DNA of 63,961 nucleotides, counting the filler, from Octopus bimaculoides (Eukaryota): the NCBI RefSeq assembly GCF_001194135.2. It is 4 parts of 4 records of this genome, joined end to end, with 100 filler letters (N's around TTAATTAATTAA, not from the genome) between each part and the next. Parts side by side here need not be neighbours in the genome. Positions count along the whole stretch, not along the records: positions 1 to 17,661 come from NC_068986.1; positions 17,762 to 35,712 come from NC_068993.1; 2 more parts are not named here. One strand, given 5' to 3'. How positions within the stretch are numbered: position 1 is the stretch's first letter; the number at the start of each line of letters is the position of its first letter. The translations under genes were made by a program, and so were the position numbers. This document shows, piece after piece, positions 11,198-23,341 of this stretch. The notes beneath the pieces are model-generated. The model searched no databases, was not told where the DNA came from, and saw nothing but the letters and a program-made list of their open reading frames with translations.

Positions 11198-12707
11198 CAG
11201 CTTTGACCAAAAGTATTAGGCCACCCCAATGTTTTGAGGTTCTGCTATCTTAATATTAATGAAACTCGTGCACATGGTAAATTATAGCATATTTCACAAT
11301 ATACATTAGTTTTAATATCTGGTTGACCCTCCTTAAGCATCAATTACCACTTTTATACTGTACTGTACATATACAACCAATTATGAGCAAGACCAACGTC
11401 CAAAATTAACTTATGTTTTCTTGGTTATTTCAGAGTTTTATGCTAAAATACAGGAGTTGAGTGAGTGTGAGCGAAGTCAAATCGTAGCTCATCACGAAGA
11501 TGGAAAGTCTCAAAGGCAAATTGCTCAGAAGATGAAATGTTCTCGGTGTGCGGTGCAAACGACTCTAAAGCGCTTCAGAGAGACAAAAGATGCGAAGACT
11601 ATACAAAGAACAGATAGAATAAAGATTACATCACCTCGTGATGACAGATCCATCAGCCATCAGCCGCTCAGAAACAGGAGAAAGACATCGTCAGAGCTCT
11701 GTGCAGACTTCAACGAGGCGTGTATTTCACAAATATCAACCAGAACTGTTAAAAGAAGGCTTGTAGAGTACGATCTGAAAGGCTGTAAAGCCAGGAAGAA
11801 GCCATCGGTTTCTGAAGCGAATATGGAAAAATATCTTCAGTGGGCCAAAAATCACTCAAATTGGACCAGTGAGCAATGGTCGAAAGTCATATGGTCTGAT
11901 AAAAGTAACTACGAGATAAGATAGTACATGTACTCAATCAACATGTAAGCTTAATGTAACTGGTTTGTTGCCCAAAATATATTAAAAAAAGTATCCAGCA
12001 TAAAGCTAAGATTATTTTCCCCGTTTTTACCCAGGTTTTCAGTACATCTGGTACAACTTTCGTGCGTCGCAGAGTTGGGGAAGCATTTAAGGCTGAATGT
12101 CTGGTACCAACTGTAAAACATGGGGGTGGTTCTGTCATGGTGTCGGCCTGCATGTCTGCCACAGGATCCGGAGAAATGTTTTTATGTCAAGGAAGGATGA
12201 ATTCAGCTACCTATGTTTCTATGTTATCGGATGTTATAGAGCCATCAAGTGCTAAATTGCATGCAGGAGTGTCGAAAAACAGTATTATCTTTCAACAGGA
12301 CAACGCTCCATGTCATACAACAGAGAATACTCGTCAATGGTTTGAGAGGCAGAGTATTGTTCCTATGGACTGGCCAGCTCAAAGTCTCGATCTAAATCTG
12401 ATCGAACACCTATGGGGAACTCTTGGTGAAGCTATCAGAAACACAACGATTAAAAATAAAGAGCATTTGTACCAAATGTTAAGAGGAGAATGGAGTAAAA
12501 TTGCGCCCAGCTCCTGCAAGAAACTAGCTGATTCAATGCCTAACCGTATAAAAGCGGTAATTGATGCTAAAGAAGGGTCAACTAGATATTAAAACTAATG
12601 TATATTGTGGAAATATACCATAATCTACCATGTGCACGAGTTTCATTAACATTGAGATAGCAGAACCCCAAAACATTGGGGTGGCCTAATACTTTTGGTC
12701 AAGGCTG
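11198..12707 (+). mobile_element. Tc1-like DNA transposon (DD34E), full length, degenerate
   Basis: TIRs of about 161 bp (11198-11358 and 12546-12707) starting CAGC; TA on both flanks (11196-97, 12708-09). Transposase motifs WSD, FQQDNAPCH and WPAQSLDLNLIE, with 34 residues between the second D and the E. Confidence 0.97.
11440..12592 (+). pseudogene. Tc1 transposase pseudogene, join(11440..11915,12035..12592), about 344 aa when repaired
   Basis: HTH region then KARKKP...WSDKSNYE|VFSTSGTTFVRRRVGE...TVKHGGGSVMV. The ATG is out of frame by one base. The intron donor reads ATAAG instead of GTAAG. SPDLNPIE is altered to SLDLNLIE. Confidence 0.9.
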
Positions 12708-12787
12708 TACATACATGCAAATACACACACACACACATATATATACATATATACACACATATGTATGTATATATATATATATATGTA

Positions 12788-12856
<69 letters not shown>

Positions 12857-13815
12857 CTATATATATATATATATTAATAATATTATTAGGGATAAAANNN
12901 NNNNNNNNNNNNNNNNNNNNNNNNNNNNNNNNNNNNNNNNNNNNNNNNNNNNNNNNNNNNNNNNNNNNNNNNNNNNNNNNNNNNNNNNNNNNNNNNNNNN
13001 NNNNNNNNNNNNNNNNNNNNNNNNNNNNNNNNNNNNNNNNNNNNNNNNNNNNNNNNNNNNNNNNNNNNNNNNNNNNNNNNNNNNNNNNNNNNNNNNNNNN
13101 NNNNNNNNNNNNNNNNNNNNNNNNNNNNNNNNNNNNNNNNNNNNNNNNNNNNNNNNNNNNNNNNNNNNNNNNNNNNNNNNNNNNNNNNNNNNNNNNNNNN
13201 NNNNNNNNNNNNNNNNNNNNNNNNNNNNNNNNNNNNNNNNNNNNNNNNNNNNNNNNNNNNNNNNNNNATATATATATATATATATATAATATACATCTAT
13301 ACATATATTAAATAAAATAAAATATACTCCAGCATGACCACAGCCTTAGGGCTAAAACGTATAAAAGAATATATAATATACTACTATTATATATGTAATA
13401 TATATATTGGTTTCAAATTAGGGCACAACTCCAGCAATTTCGGCTGTAGTAGGTCAGATAAGTCGGTAACATCGACTCTAGTGTTGAACTGGTACTTATT
13501 TTATCGACCCCGAGAGGATGAAAGGCAAAGTCAGCCTCAGCGGAATTTGAACTCAAACCATAAAGACGGACGAAATGCCTCAAGAATTTTGCCTGGCGTG
13601 CTAACTATTCTGCCAGCTCGCCGCCTTATGTGAAATATATTCAAAGCGGTGCCCCAGCAAGGCCGCAGACAAATGACTGAAACAAGTAAAAGGTAAAGGT
13701 AATACTGCATATATAACATTAGCATATTATATTCGTATATTTGATATATGATATAATGTGTGTAATAAACGTATATAAATTACAAATAAATAAAATACAT
13801 AATACTTATGTATGC

Positions 13816-13856
<41 letters not shown>

Positions 13857-15577
13857 NNNNNNNNNNAACGGGTGGGCAAGGGGTGGGGGTGGGGTGACCA
13901 TAACAGTAAATAGAACGAGAGTAGAAGGACGAGCTGTGTCTGTCTCGCTTGACTGGAGTAGATAAAAAATAAACAGTGAATAACAGAAGTAAAATGAGAA
14001 TGAGCTGGAGTAAAAACGATAAAAGAAGTGACAGGTATCTGTGACAGCTGTATTTTCTGTCAATAAAAATACAGCTGTAGAGTAATTGGTATGATTCAAA
14101 CAGGTTTATATAACTGGTCTCCCACTATAGACATCACTCGCAAGTGAGTATGACCTGGCAGAAACTGTCATGCTTTCACTAGTGGTATTAAGTACCTATG
14201 CAGTCACGGACAGACATAGATATCTTGTCGGCCCTCCCAATATAGATCCAGTAAAATATCAGGTATTTGGTAGCTGGAGAGAAAAAAGAGCTGTGCTAGC
14301 TTTAGACTGGTAGTAATTTCCTGCTGAGCAAAGTGGTTCAACGTGAAACAAAGAACTTTGTTCAAGGACGCAACATCCTGTACCGGAATCAAACCTACGG
14401 CTAGATTAATTTCAACAGATGATACTGCTAAATTTGGCCTTCATACTGGCAAGAAGGGATAAACATCCTTCTGTGATTCATCTAATAATGCAGTATCGTC
14501 TGATAGCTCACGCACGACACGGACTATACTGTACTAATCCCAAGGATACCGACTCTGATGTCAAAATCATGTGATTTGTGGAAACGCGCGTAGCAGTGTA
14601 TTAAATATTTATAAATTCCCTCCTAAAATTATTGTTATTATTATATTTATCGTGCATTATATCGGTGTAACCATGATGTAACCGCGATAAACTGACTTAC
14701 TAGTCAGCATTATTTGACGGTAGCCGGCATAATGAATTAGGAGCTTTACTTGCATAGCTCTATCGTTACTATAAACAAATTTCAAAGATATCATGTTGGA
14801 CTGCTATATCCACAAGTTTTTTTTTTATTCTCTGTCTGTTTATTTTTTCTTAATCCTTTCTGTTGAAGAGCCTAGGCTCGAAACATAAAAGATTTTTTTT
14901 TCATTTTCCCGACCTTCAAACTAATACACCTGTTTGTTGTTCATACACGTATCTTCGTCTTTCGTTTCTCTGTAAATTTTAACTATATATNNNNNNNNNN
15001 NNNNNNNNNNNNNNNNNNNNNNNNNNNNNNNNNNNNNNNNNNNNNNNNNNNNNNNNNNNNNNNNNNNNNNNNNNNNNNNNNNNNNNNNNNNNNNNNNNNN
15101 NNNNNNNNNNNNNNNNNNNNNNNNNNNNNNNNNNNNNNNNNNNNNNNNNNNNNNNNNNNNNNNNNNNNNNNNNNNNNNNNNNNNNNNNNNNNNNNNNNNN
15201 NNNNNNNNNNNNNNNNNNNNNNNNNNNNNNNNNNNNNNNNNNNNNNNNNNNNNNNNNNNNNNNNNNNNNNNNNNNNNNNNNNNNNNNNNNNNNNNNNNNN
15301 NNNNNNNNNNNNNNNNNNNNNNNNNNNNNNNNNNNNNNNNNNNNNNNNNNNNNNNNNNNNNNNNNNNNNNNNNNNNNNNNNNNNNNNNNNNNNNNNNNNN
15401 NNNNNNNNNNNNNNNNNNNNNNNNNNNNNNNNNNNNNNNNNNNNNNNNNNNNNNNNNNNNNNNNNNNNNNNNNNNNNNNNNNNNNNNNNNNNNNNNNNNN
15501 NNNNNNNNNNNNNTGTGTGTGTGGGTGCGTGTGTGTGTGTTTGTGTGTGTGTGTGAGTGTGTGTATGTATGTATGTA

Positions 15578-15608
<31 letters not shown>

Positions 15609-16079
15609 CTTTGTGTCTGTGTTTGTCCTCCTACCATCGATTGACAACTGATGCTGGTGTGTTTGCGTCCCCGTAACTTAGCGGTTCGGCAAAACAGACC
15701 GTTAGAATAAGTACTAGGTTTACAAAGTATAAGTCCAAGAGTCGATTTGTTCGACTAAATGCGGTGCTCTAGCATGGCCGCAGTCAAATGACAGAAACAA
15801 GTAAAAGAGTAAAAGAATATCGATATGTCACCATTTGAGTATTACGACATGTCTCCTTGAGACAGAGATAATTTAAATAAGTCAATAATTTATGTTGTAT
15901 GGCTTTTGATATACCTATATTGCCGGTGTTGATGAAATATATCTCATTGGTGATTCTGAGTTATTTTTCTCTTTGTTAATTTTTGTTTAGATTATGCAAA
16001 TTACTTAGACCATATGTGTTCTTCTCATTATACAAAACAGATATGTGCGCAGTAGTTCGCTTGAAACATTGTAATATCG

Positions 16080-16327
16080 AAGAAGGTAAAAAGAGAGAAA
16101 ACGGAAAGCTTCTGACAATGCAAAAAGTTTAATAAAACCTTCATGTTTCAGGCGCAAAGACTCATCCCGAGAAGAAAAGAACAATCTTAGAAAAGTCCAG
16201 TTATGTAAGTTGCGTTAACCAAAGGTTATTTTCTTCTGAAGATGGGCCTTTGTGCCTGAAATATGAAGGTTTTATTAAACTTCCCGCATTGTCAGAAGCT
16301 TCCCATTTTCTCTCTTTTTATCTTCTT
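16080..16327. repeat. Inverted repeat, arms about 100 bp
   Basis: AAGAAGGTAAAAAGAGAGAAAACGGAAAGCTTCTGACAATGC... matches the reverse complement of ...GCATTGTCAGAAGCTTCCCATTTTCTCTCTTTTTATCTTCTT; spacer about 45 bp. Confidence 0.9.
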
Positions 16328-16711
16328 GGAAAACACAGGAGTTTCGTATAATTCTAAGTCCATTGGCTGCAGGAGATAAGATTAGACAATGATCGTGCTG
16401 ATAATGACTGTTGAGGCAGAAACACATGTTGCAGCAATCCTCTTATCACCTGTGCTTTTCCTTAATGGCATGTCAACTTTGGAGAACTCTTGGTTCTTGA
16501 GATTGTCTCTCCTACTCGTAAGGAGCTGTTCTCAATTGTTATTTGTGAAACATTCTCGAGAATCGGGAGTAAATTTTATAATCAAGAATTTATGTTGTAT
16601 AGTGGCCACTCAGTGTTAGTTCTATCAGCTCATCTTTGTTCGCGCGCGTGAATGTATGTATGTATGTATGTATGTATGTATGTATGTATGTATGTACGCA
16701 TTTCTGTATGC

Positions 16712-16744
<33 letters not shown>

Positions 16745-16745
<1 letters not shown>

Positions 16746-17139
16746 TACTTGCTTTAGACATTAGACTGCGGCCATATTGGGGCACCGCCTTGAAGAATTT
16801 TTAGCCGAATGTATCGAACCCGGTACTTATTAAGTCGGTCTTTTGTCGAACCGCTATGTTAGGGGGACGTAAATGCACCAGTATCAGTTGTGATGCAGTG
16901 GTAGTGATGGCGGTGGCGCGGACAACACAGACACAAAGACACATACATACATACATACATGTGTGTGAGTGTGTGTGTGTGTACGATAGACAGTTTCCGT
17001 CTACCAAAATCCACTCACATGGTTTTTGTCGGCCTGAGGCAATAGTAGATGATACTTCCCCAAGGTGCCACGCAGTGGAACTGAACCGGGACTCATGTGG
17101 TTGCGAAGCAAGCTTCTTACCACACAGCTACGACTGCAC

Positions 17140-17140
<1 letters not shown>
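16745..17140 (-). mobile_element. SINE family A copy
   Basis: Reverse-complement match including CCCAAGGTGCCACGCAGTGGAACTGAACC and an internal (CA/TA)n. Confidence 0.85.
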
Positions 17141-17178
<38 letters not shown>

Positions 17179-17587
17179 TGTGTTTGTGTGTGTGTGTGTA
17201 ACATAATACGCATACAATCATATTCAATATATATGTAACACTATATCTATATTCATATGTATTTAACAAATATTAACATGTATTCACGTTTCATGTGCTG
17301 CTATATATGTTGACAGCAAGCTGTGTAGGAAAAGGTAAGAGAGTAAAAAATATCAAACAGGGTATATATTTTGAGTGAGCTGCAAATATACAGCCATGCT
17401 AAATTGTAGCTGTTTCTGAATTTATATATAAACGTTAAATATATTCTTTGTTACATTCGTATATAAGCATGTGCATGTGTATGTGCCTGTGTGTATGTGT
17501 ATGTATAATATTCGTTTATATACACACACACACAAACAAACACACACGCACACACATAATATGCATATATGTACAAGCGTGTGTATT

Positions 17588-17656
<69 letters not shown>

Positions 17657-17880
17657 ATATANNNNNNNNNNNNNNNNNNNNNNNNNNNNNNNNNNNNNNN
17701 NNNNNTTAATTAATTAANNNNNNNNNNNNNNNNNNNNNNNNNNNNNNNNNNNNNNNNNNNNTATACATGTATAAAGTATATGCGTATATATACGCACACA
17801 TATTTATACATACATAGACCCACATAGATATTTGCATATGTATACATAGATAGAGGTACATAGTTGCACACGCACACACG

Positions 17881-17940
<60 letters not shown>

Positions 17941-18212
17941 TACATACACACACGCATATAATCATTTTATGGTCGTCGTTATCATCTTCGCATTGGCAAT
18001 GTTCAACAAATGTCCACTTTCAAAAGAATGGCAAACGATAGTATCATGCTAATTTCTGAGACATGATCTCAACGAGGAATTATAACAAGATGTTAACAAA
18101 ATTTACTTATTTATTTCTTTGTTTGTTTATTTGTTTATATATTTATTAAATTGCGTCTCTCTCTTTTCTTTTCTTTTCTTTTTTTTCTTTTTTGTTTCTT
18201 TTTTATTTCCAG

Positions 18213-18267
18213 AAAGCCCACTCAAAAATTCGATATACAATAGGTTGGAATTTACACCGAGTAACAG
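18213..18267 (+). other. Orphan exon candidate (55 nt)
   Basis: Very long pyrimidine tract ending ttccag|, donor CAG|GTATGC; two open frames (KAHSKIRYTIGWNLHRVT or SPLKNSIYNRLEFTPSN). No homology recognised. Confidence 0.35.
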
Positions 18268-18389
18268 GTATGCAGTCAAATGCACACACATGCACAAAAA
18301 GCGTACATGCATACATGCACACGATGTAGGCACTAAAGCACGCAGATATCCGTATGCATGCAGATATATCCACCACATCCTCGAATATA

Positions 18390-18427
<38 letters not shown>

Positions 18428-19590
18428 AGAGAGAGAGAACGAGAGTGAGAGGGAGAAAGAAAGAAAGAACGAAAGAAAGAAAGAAAGAAATGTACAATGC
18501 TTATAATGAGATAGTAAGTACATCATGTTAAACATCATGATGCGTGCGTGGGTGTGTGTGTGTGTGTGTATGGGTGTGTGTGTATGGGTGGGGGGTGTAT
18601 GGGCGTGTGAGTGTGTGTGTGTGTGTGTGTGTGTACTTGCACTTATATAGTCATCGATATATAATATTCTTAATCGACAGAAGCTATGTATCTCCTTCAT
18701 TCCTCCAAAACTATACATGAGTGTGTTTGTATATATATATGTATATATANNNNNNNNNNNNNNNNNNNNNNNNNNNNNNNNNNNNNNNNNNNNNNNNNNN
18801 NNNNNNNNNNNNNNNNNNNNNNNNNNNNNNNNNNNNNNNNNNNNNNNNNNNNNNNNNNNNNNNNNNNNNNNNNNNNNNNNNNNNNNNNNNNNNNNNNNNN
18901 NNNNNNNNNNNNNNNNNNNNNNNNNNNNNNNNNNNNNNNNNNNNNNNNNNNNNNNNNNNNTATATATATATATATATATATATACAAATATATATATATA
19001 TGCATATATGTGTGCGTGTATATATGTATATATGTATATATATATATATGTGTGTGTGTCTGTATGTATATACATATATAGACGCATCTATGTTTGTATG
19101 TGTGCATACAATGTGTCGTAGTTGTGGTTGTGTCTCTACGCAGCTACATTTATGAATACTTAAAATAATATTTATTTATATCAATTTTATTAAACTTTCT
19201 TGTGGTATATGATTGCAAACATATATATATGTATGTGTATGTGTTTTTGTGAGTGCATATGTGTGTAAGTGTATATGTGAGTGTATATCTGTATGTGTTT
19301 GTGCAGTCATGTGTACACGTGTGCGTGTGTAAATTTTAATTAAATCGGCATGATACCAACAACGTCCATAGCTATACACTCAATTGAAATAGTCCATATA
19401 CAGAATGTAGGGTTTTCAATGTTGATTTCATAGATTACCGTCTCATAAAGTTAGTTTTTCTCCTTTGAAAATTTTCATCTAAGAAGATTTGAGAGATTTC
19501 AATTTCTTATATGAGACGAGGTTTGTTTCTATAAAAGTATCAGATATCAAATTTATTAGTGTGTGTTATGCGTATATTTGTGTGTGCGCA

Positions 19591-19625
<35 letters not shown>

Positions 19626-20414
19626 ATATATTATATTACATTATATTATACTTGCGTATATGTGTACGTGCACATATATGTATAACATGTATGTGTTTTT
19701 GCATGTATATTGCAATACGTATACATTCGTACAAGCACACATACACACATGCATACATACATACATATATATACATGCATACATACATACATACATACAT
19801 ACATACATACATACATACATAGGTGCAGGCGTGGCTGTATGGTATGAAGTTTTCTTCCTAGCCACATGGTTCCGGGTTCAGCCCCGGTGCACAGTAGAAG
19901 GCAAGCGTCCTCTATTGTAACCTCGGGCCGAGCAAAGCCTTGTGAGTGGATTTTGTAGACGGAAAATGATATAAACCTGTCGTATACACACACACACACA
20001 CGCACATGCACACACACACATATATACATACACACACGCAAAGTCGCAGGAGTGGCTGTGTGGTAAGTAGCTTGCTTACTAACCACATGGTTCTGGGTTC
20101 AGTCCCGCTGTGTGGCACCATGGGCAAGTGTCTCCAACTATAGCCTCGGGTCGACCAAAGCCTTGTGAGTGGATTCGGTAGACGGAACCNNNNNNNNNNN
20201 NNNNNNNNNNNNNNNNNNNNNNNNNNNNNNNNNNNNNNNNNNNNNNNNNNNNNNNNNNNNNNNNNNNNNNNNNNNNNNNNNNNNNNNNNNNNNNNNNNNN
20301 NNNNNNNNNNNNNNNNNNNNNNNNNNNNNNNNNNNNNNNNNNNNNNNNNNNNNNNNNNNNNNNNNNNNNNNNNNNNNNNNNNNNNNNNNNNNNNNNNNNN
20401 NNNNNNTGTGTGTG

Positions 20415-20445
<31 letters not shown>

Positions 20446-20731
20446 TAATATGTGTTTGTGCGTGTTCCCTACCATTATTTGACAACCGATGCTGGTGTGA
20501 TTACGCCCCCGTAATTTAGCGGTTCGGGAAAAGGGAATATATAGAATAAGCACTAGGTTTACAGAGAATAAGTTCTGGGGTCGATTTGTTCGACCAAAGG
20601 TGACAACTGATGAAGGATCGTTTCTCTGTGTTTACTTGTCCTATTTTCCATCTTTTGTCTTAATAACGGTCAATTACATAGTAATTTTCCTTTGTTTAAC
20701 GGTCATTTTCATAGCATATTTTGATTGCTTC

Positions 20732-20792
20732 GATAACTGACGAGATGCCAGAGCAGGTTTCCGCCCCAATATCCGAAACTCGGAGTCTTATT
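20732..20792 (+). ncRNA. Minimal type I hammerhead ribozyme motif
   Basis: GAUAA-CUGACGA-GAU...AUCC-GAAA-CUCGGAG-UC-UUAUU: intact core, GUC site after 20787, near-palindromic helix III, imperfect helix II. Confidence 0.6.
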
Positions 20793-21577
20793 ATGGCAAC
20801 CGAATAATTTTCACATATTATATTACAGACAAATTCCTCTATTTACATAATATCGAGGTCGCTTTCATTCTTTTATTGCTTTACCATTACTATATATATA
20901 TATATACATACGTACGAACGTACGTACGTACATACATACATACATACATCATTGTCGTGATGACGGCAATGAAGCCTCGTGGTGTTTGTGGGCGCCAAAG
21001 TCATCATCTCCGTGATATATGAGTAATCAATAGGAAACAATGACAATAGCTTTCTTTGTATGAATTACTATATAAGACTGTTGCAGTTTAAGATGGAGAT
21101 CTGGCGGCCATCTTGACGACACATTCTTATCACTGACAAAAACAGAGAGATTAACTAAATTGAAAATGAATGTCTTCACAATCATTTAACACGTTTTTTT
21201 TTTATTTATCCATATATTTTTCTCTCTCTGTCTTTTCTTCTTTTCTTTCTTACTTCTCTATGTCACTCGCTTCTTTTTTCTCTCACTCTCTCTTTCTCAC
21301 CATTCTCGGCACCGGCTTTTGCATATATACGGTGCGGAGCATATATATATAAGGATAGATAGATAAATAGATTGATAGATAGACAGATGGATGGAGATTT
21401 TGATATAGACGTTGTAGATAAATAGCAAAATAGACATGCATCTTTATATATAAAAACACATACGCACATACACATATACACACACGCACATAAATACACA
21501 CACATATATATATATATACATGCATTTATACATGCATATATATAAACACAGACGCGCATATGTGTATATATATATGT

Positions 21578-21640
<63 letters not shown>

Positions 21641-21961
21641 NNNNNNNNNNNNNNNNNNNNNNNNNNNNNNNNNNNNNNNNNNNNNNNNNNNNNNNNNNNN
21701 NNNNNNNNNNNNNNNNNNNNNNNNNNNNNNNNNNNNNNNNNNNNNNNNNNNNNNNNNNNNNNNNNNNNNNNNNNNNNNNNNNNNNNNNNNNNNNNNNNNN
21801 NNNNNNNNNNNNNNNNNNNNNNNNNNNNNNNNNNNNNNNNNNNNNNNNNNNNNNNNNNNNNNNNNNNNNNNNNNNNNNNNNNNNNNNNNNNNNNNNNNNN
21901 NNNNNNNNNNNNNNNNNNNNNNNNNNNNNNNNNNNNNNNNNNNNNNNNNNNNNNNNNNNNN

Positions 21962-21999
<38 letters not shown>

Positions 22000-22515
22000 T
22001 CTTTTATGCGTTTCAGTCACTTGACAGCAGCCATGCTGGAGCACCACCTTTAGTCGAACAAATCGACCCCAGGACTTATTAGTACTAAAGACTACTCTTT
22101 GCCGAATCGTTAGATTTCGGACACATAAACAGACCAACAGTGTTTGCCAAGCGATGGTGGGGGACAAATTCACACACATAAATAGATATACTTATATACA
22201 CGATGAGCTTCTTTCAGTTTCCGCCTACCAAATCTACTCACAAGGCTTTGCTCAGTCCGAGGCTATAGTAGAAGACATTTGCCCAAGGTGCCACATAGTG
22301 GGACTGAACCCAGAACCGTGTGGTTGAGAAGCAAGTTTCTTACCACACAACCACGCCTGAGCCTGAAAAAATATGGACCGCTTCACGAATTATATATATA
22401 TACACGCTAATAATTGAGTTTGCATAAGTATTTCACTCTACATACATGTGTGGATGGATGCGTTTGGGTGTCTCTATACGTGTATGTGCATATATATAAG
22501 CGTTTGTGTGTGTCT

Positions 22516-22589
<74 letters not shown>

Positions 22590-23228
22590 GTGTGTGTTTA
22601 GAGCAGAGAACATGAGTGAAATTATGAAATTAGATGCACAGACATTGTGCAATCGCTGCATTATTCATGGCTTGTTGCTAGATACCCAATATTTCCTAGA
22701 AATACTAGAAACTAGAAATACTGTCCCCGAAATGTCTATTTATGAGCTTCAACATGGCTAACATTTACATAAGCGTCGTCAGACAATAATGCTAACATTT
22801 ACATAAGCGTCGTGAGATACACATACGTACAATCATGCATATAAACATACATACATACATACATACATACAAATACACATAATACATACAGATACATGTA
22901 AGTATGTATGTGTGTATGTATATTTTATGTTTGTATGTATGTGTGCATAAAATATTAGGCTTCGTTATCAGTTTTACCTCTATTTAAGCTAATTGGTATG
23001 GGATGATGGGGTAGGTACAGGCTGAACAGTTCGTTACCTGGCAGTAGCATCACTACATGGTTCTCTTGGCTTACTAGAAATAGCAACCAGTTTTCCTACA
23101 CAATCCCGTTTTTGGTTCAGAGTTCGAGTCCACAGTATCGCATTTTGTGAAACTATATTCTATCATGGATAAATATATATATATATACATACATATATAT
23201 ATGTATATATGTACATGCATGTGTGTAC

Positions 23229-23283
<55 letters not shown>

Positions 23284-23329
23284 GATGGTTATACTTTACA
23301 GGCACTAATATTATTAGTTTTAACTTCAG

Positions 23330-23341
23330 ATGGCTCTTCAG
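23330..23341 (+). other. Orphan 12-nt microexon candidate
   Basis: ttttaacttcag|ATGGCTCTTCAG|gtaaga; consensus splice sites only. Confidence 0.3.

Noticed and set aside
17706-17717. TTAATTAATTAA islands inside N runs (also 35757-35768 and 62762-62773)
   Set aside because: An identical 12-mer with stops in all six frames, flanked by Ns each time: an assembly or scaffolding spacer, not biology.
22757-22813. 23-bp direct repeat GCTAACATTTACATAAGCGTCGT x2
   Set aside because: Simple local duplication with an 11-bp spacer; no sign of an element.
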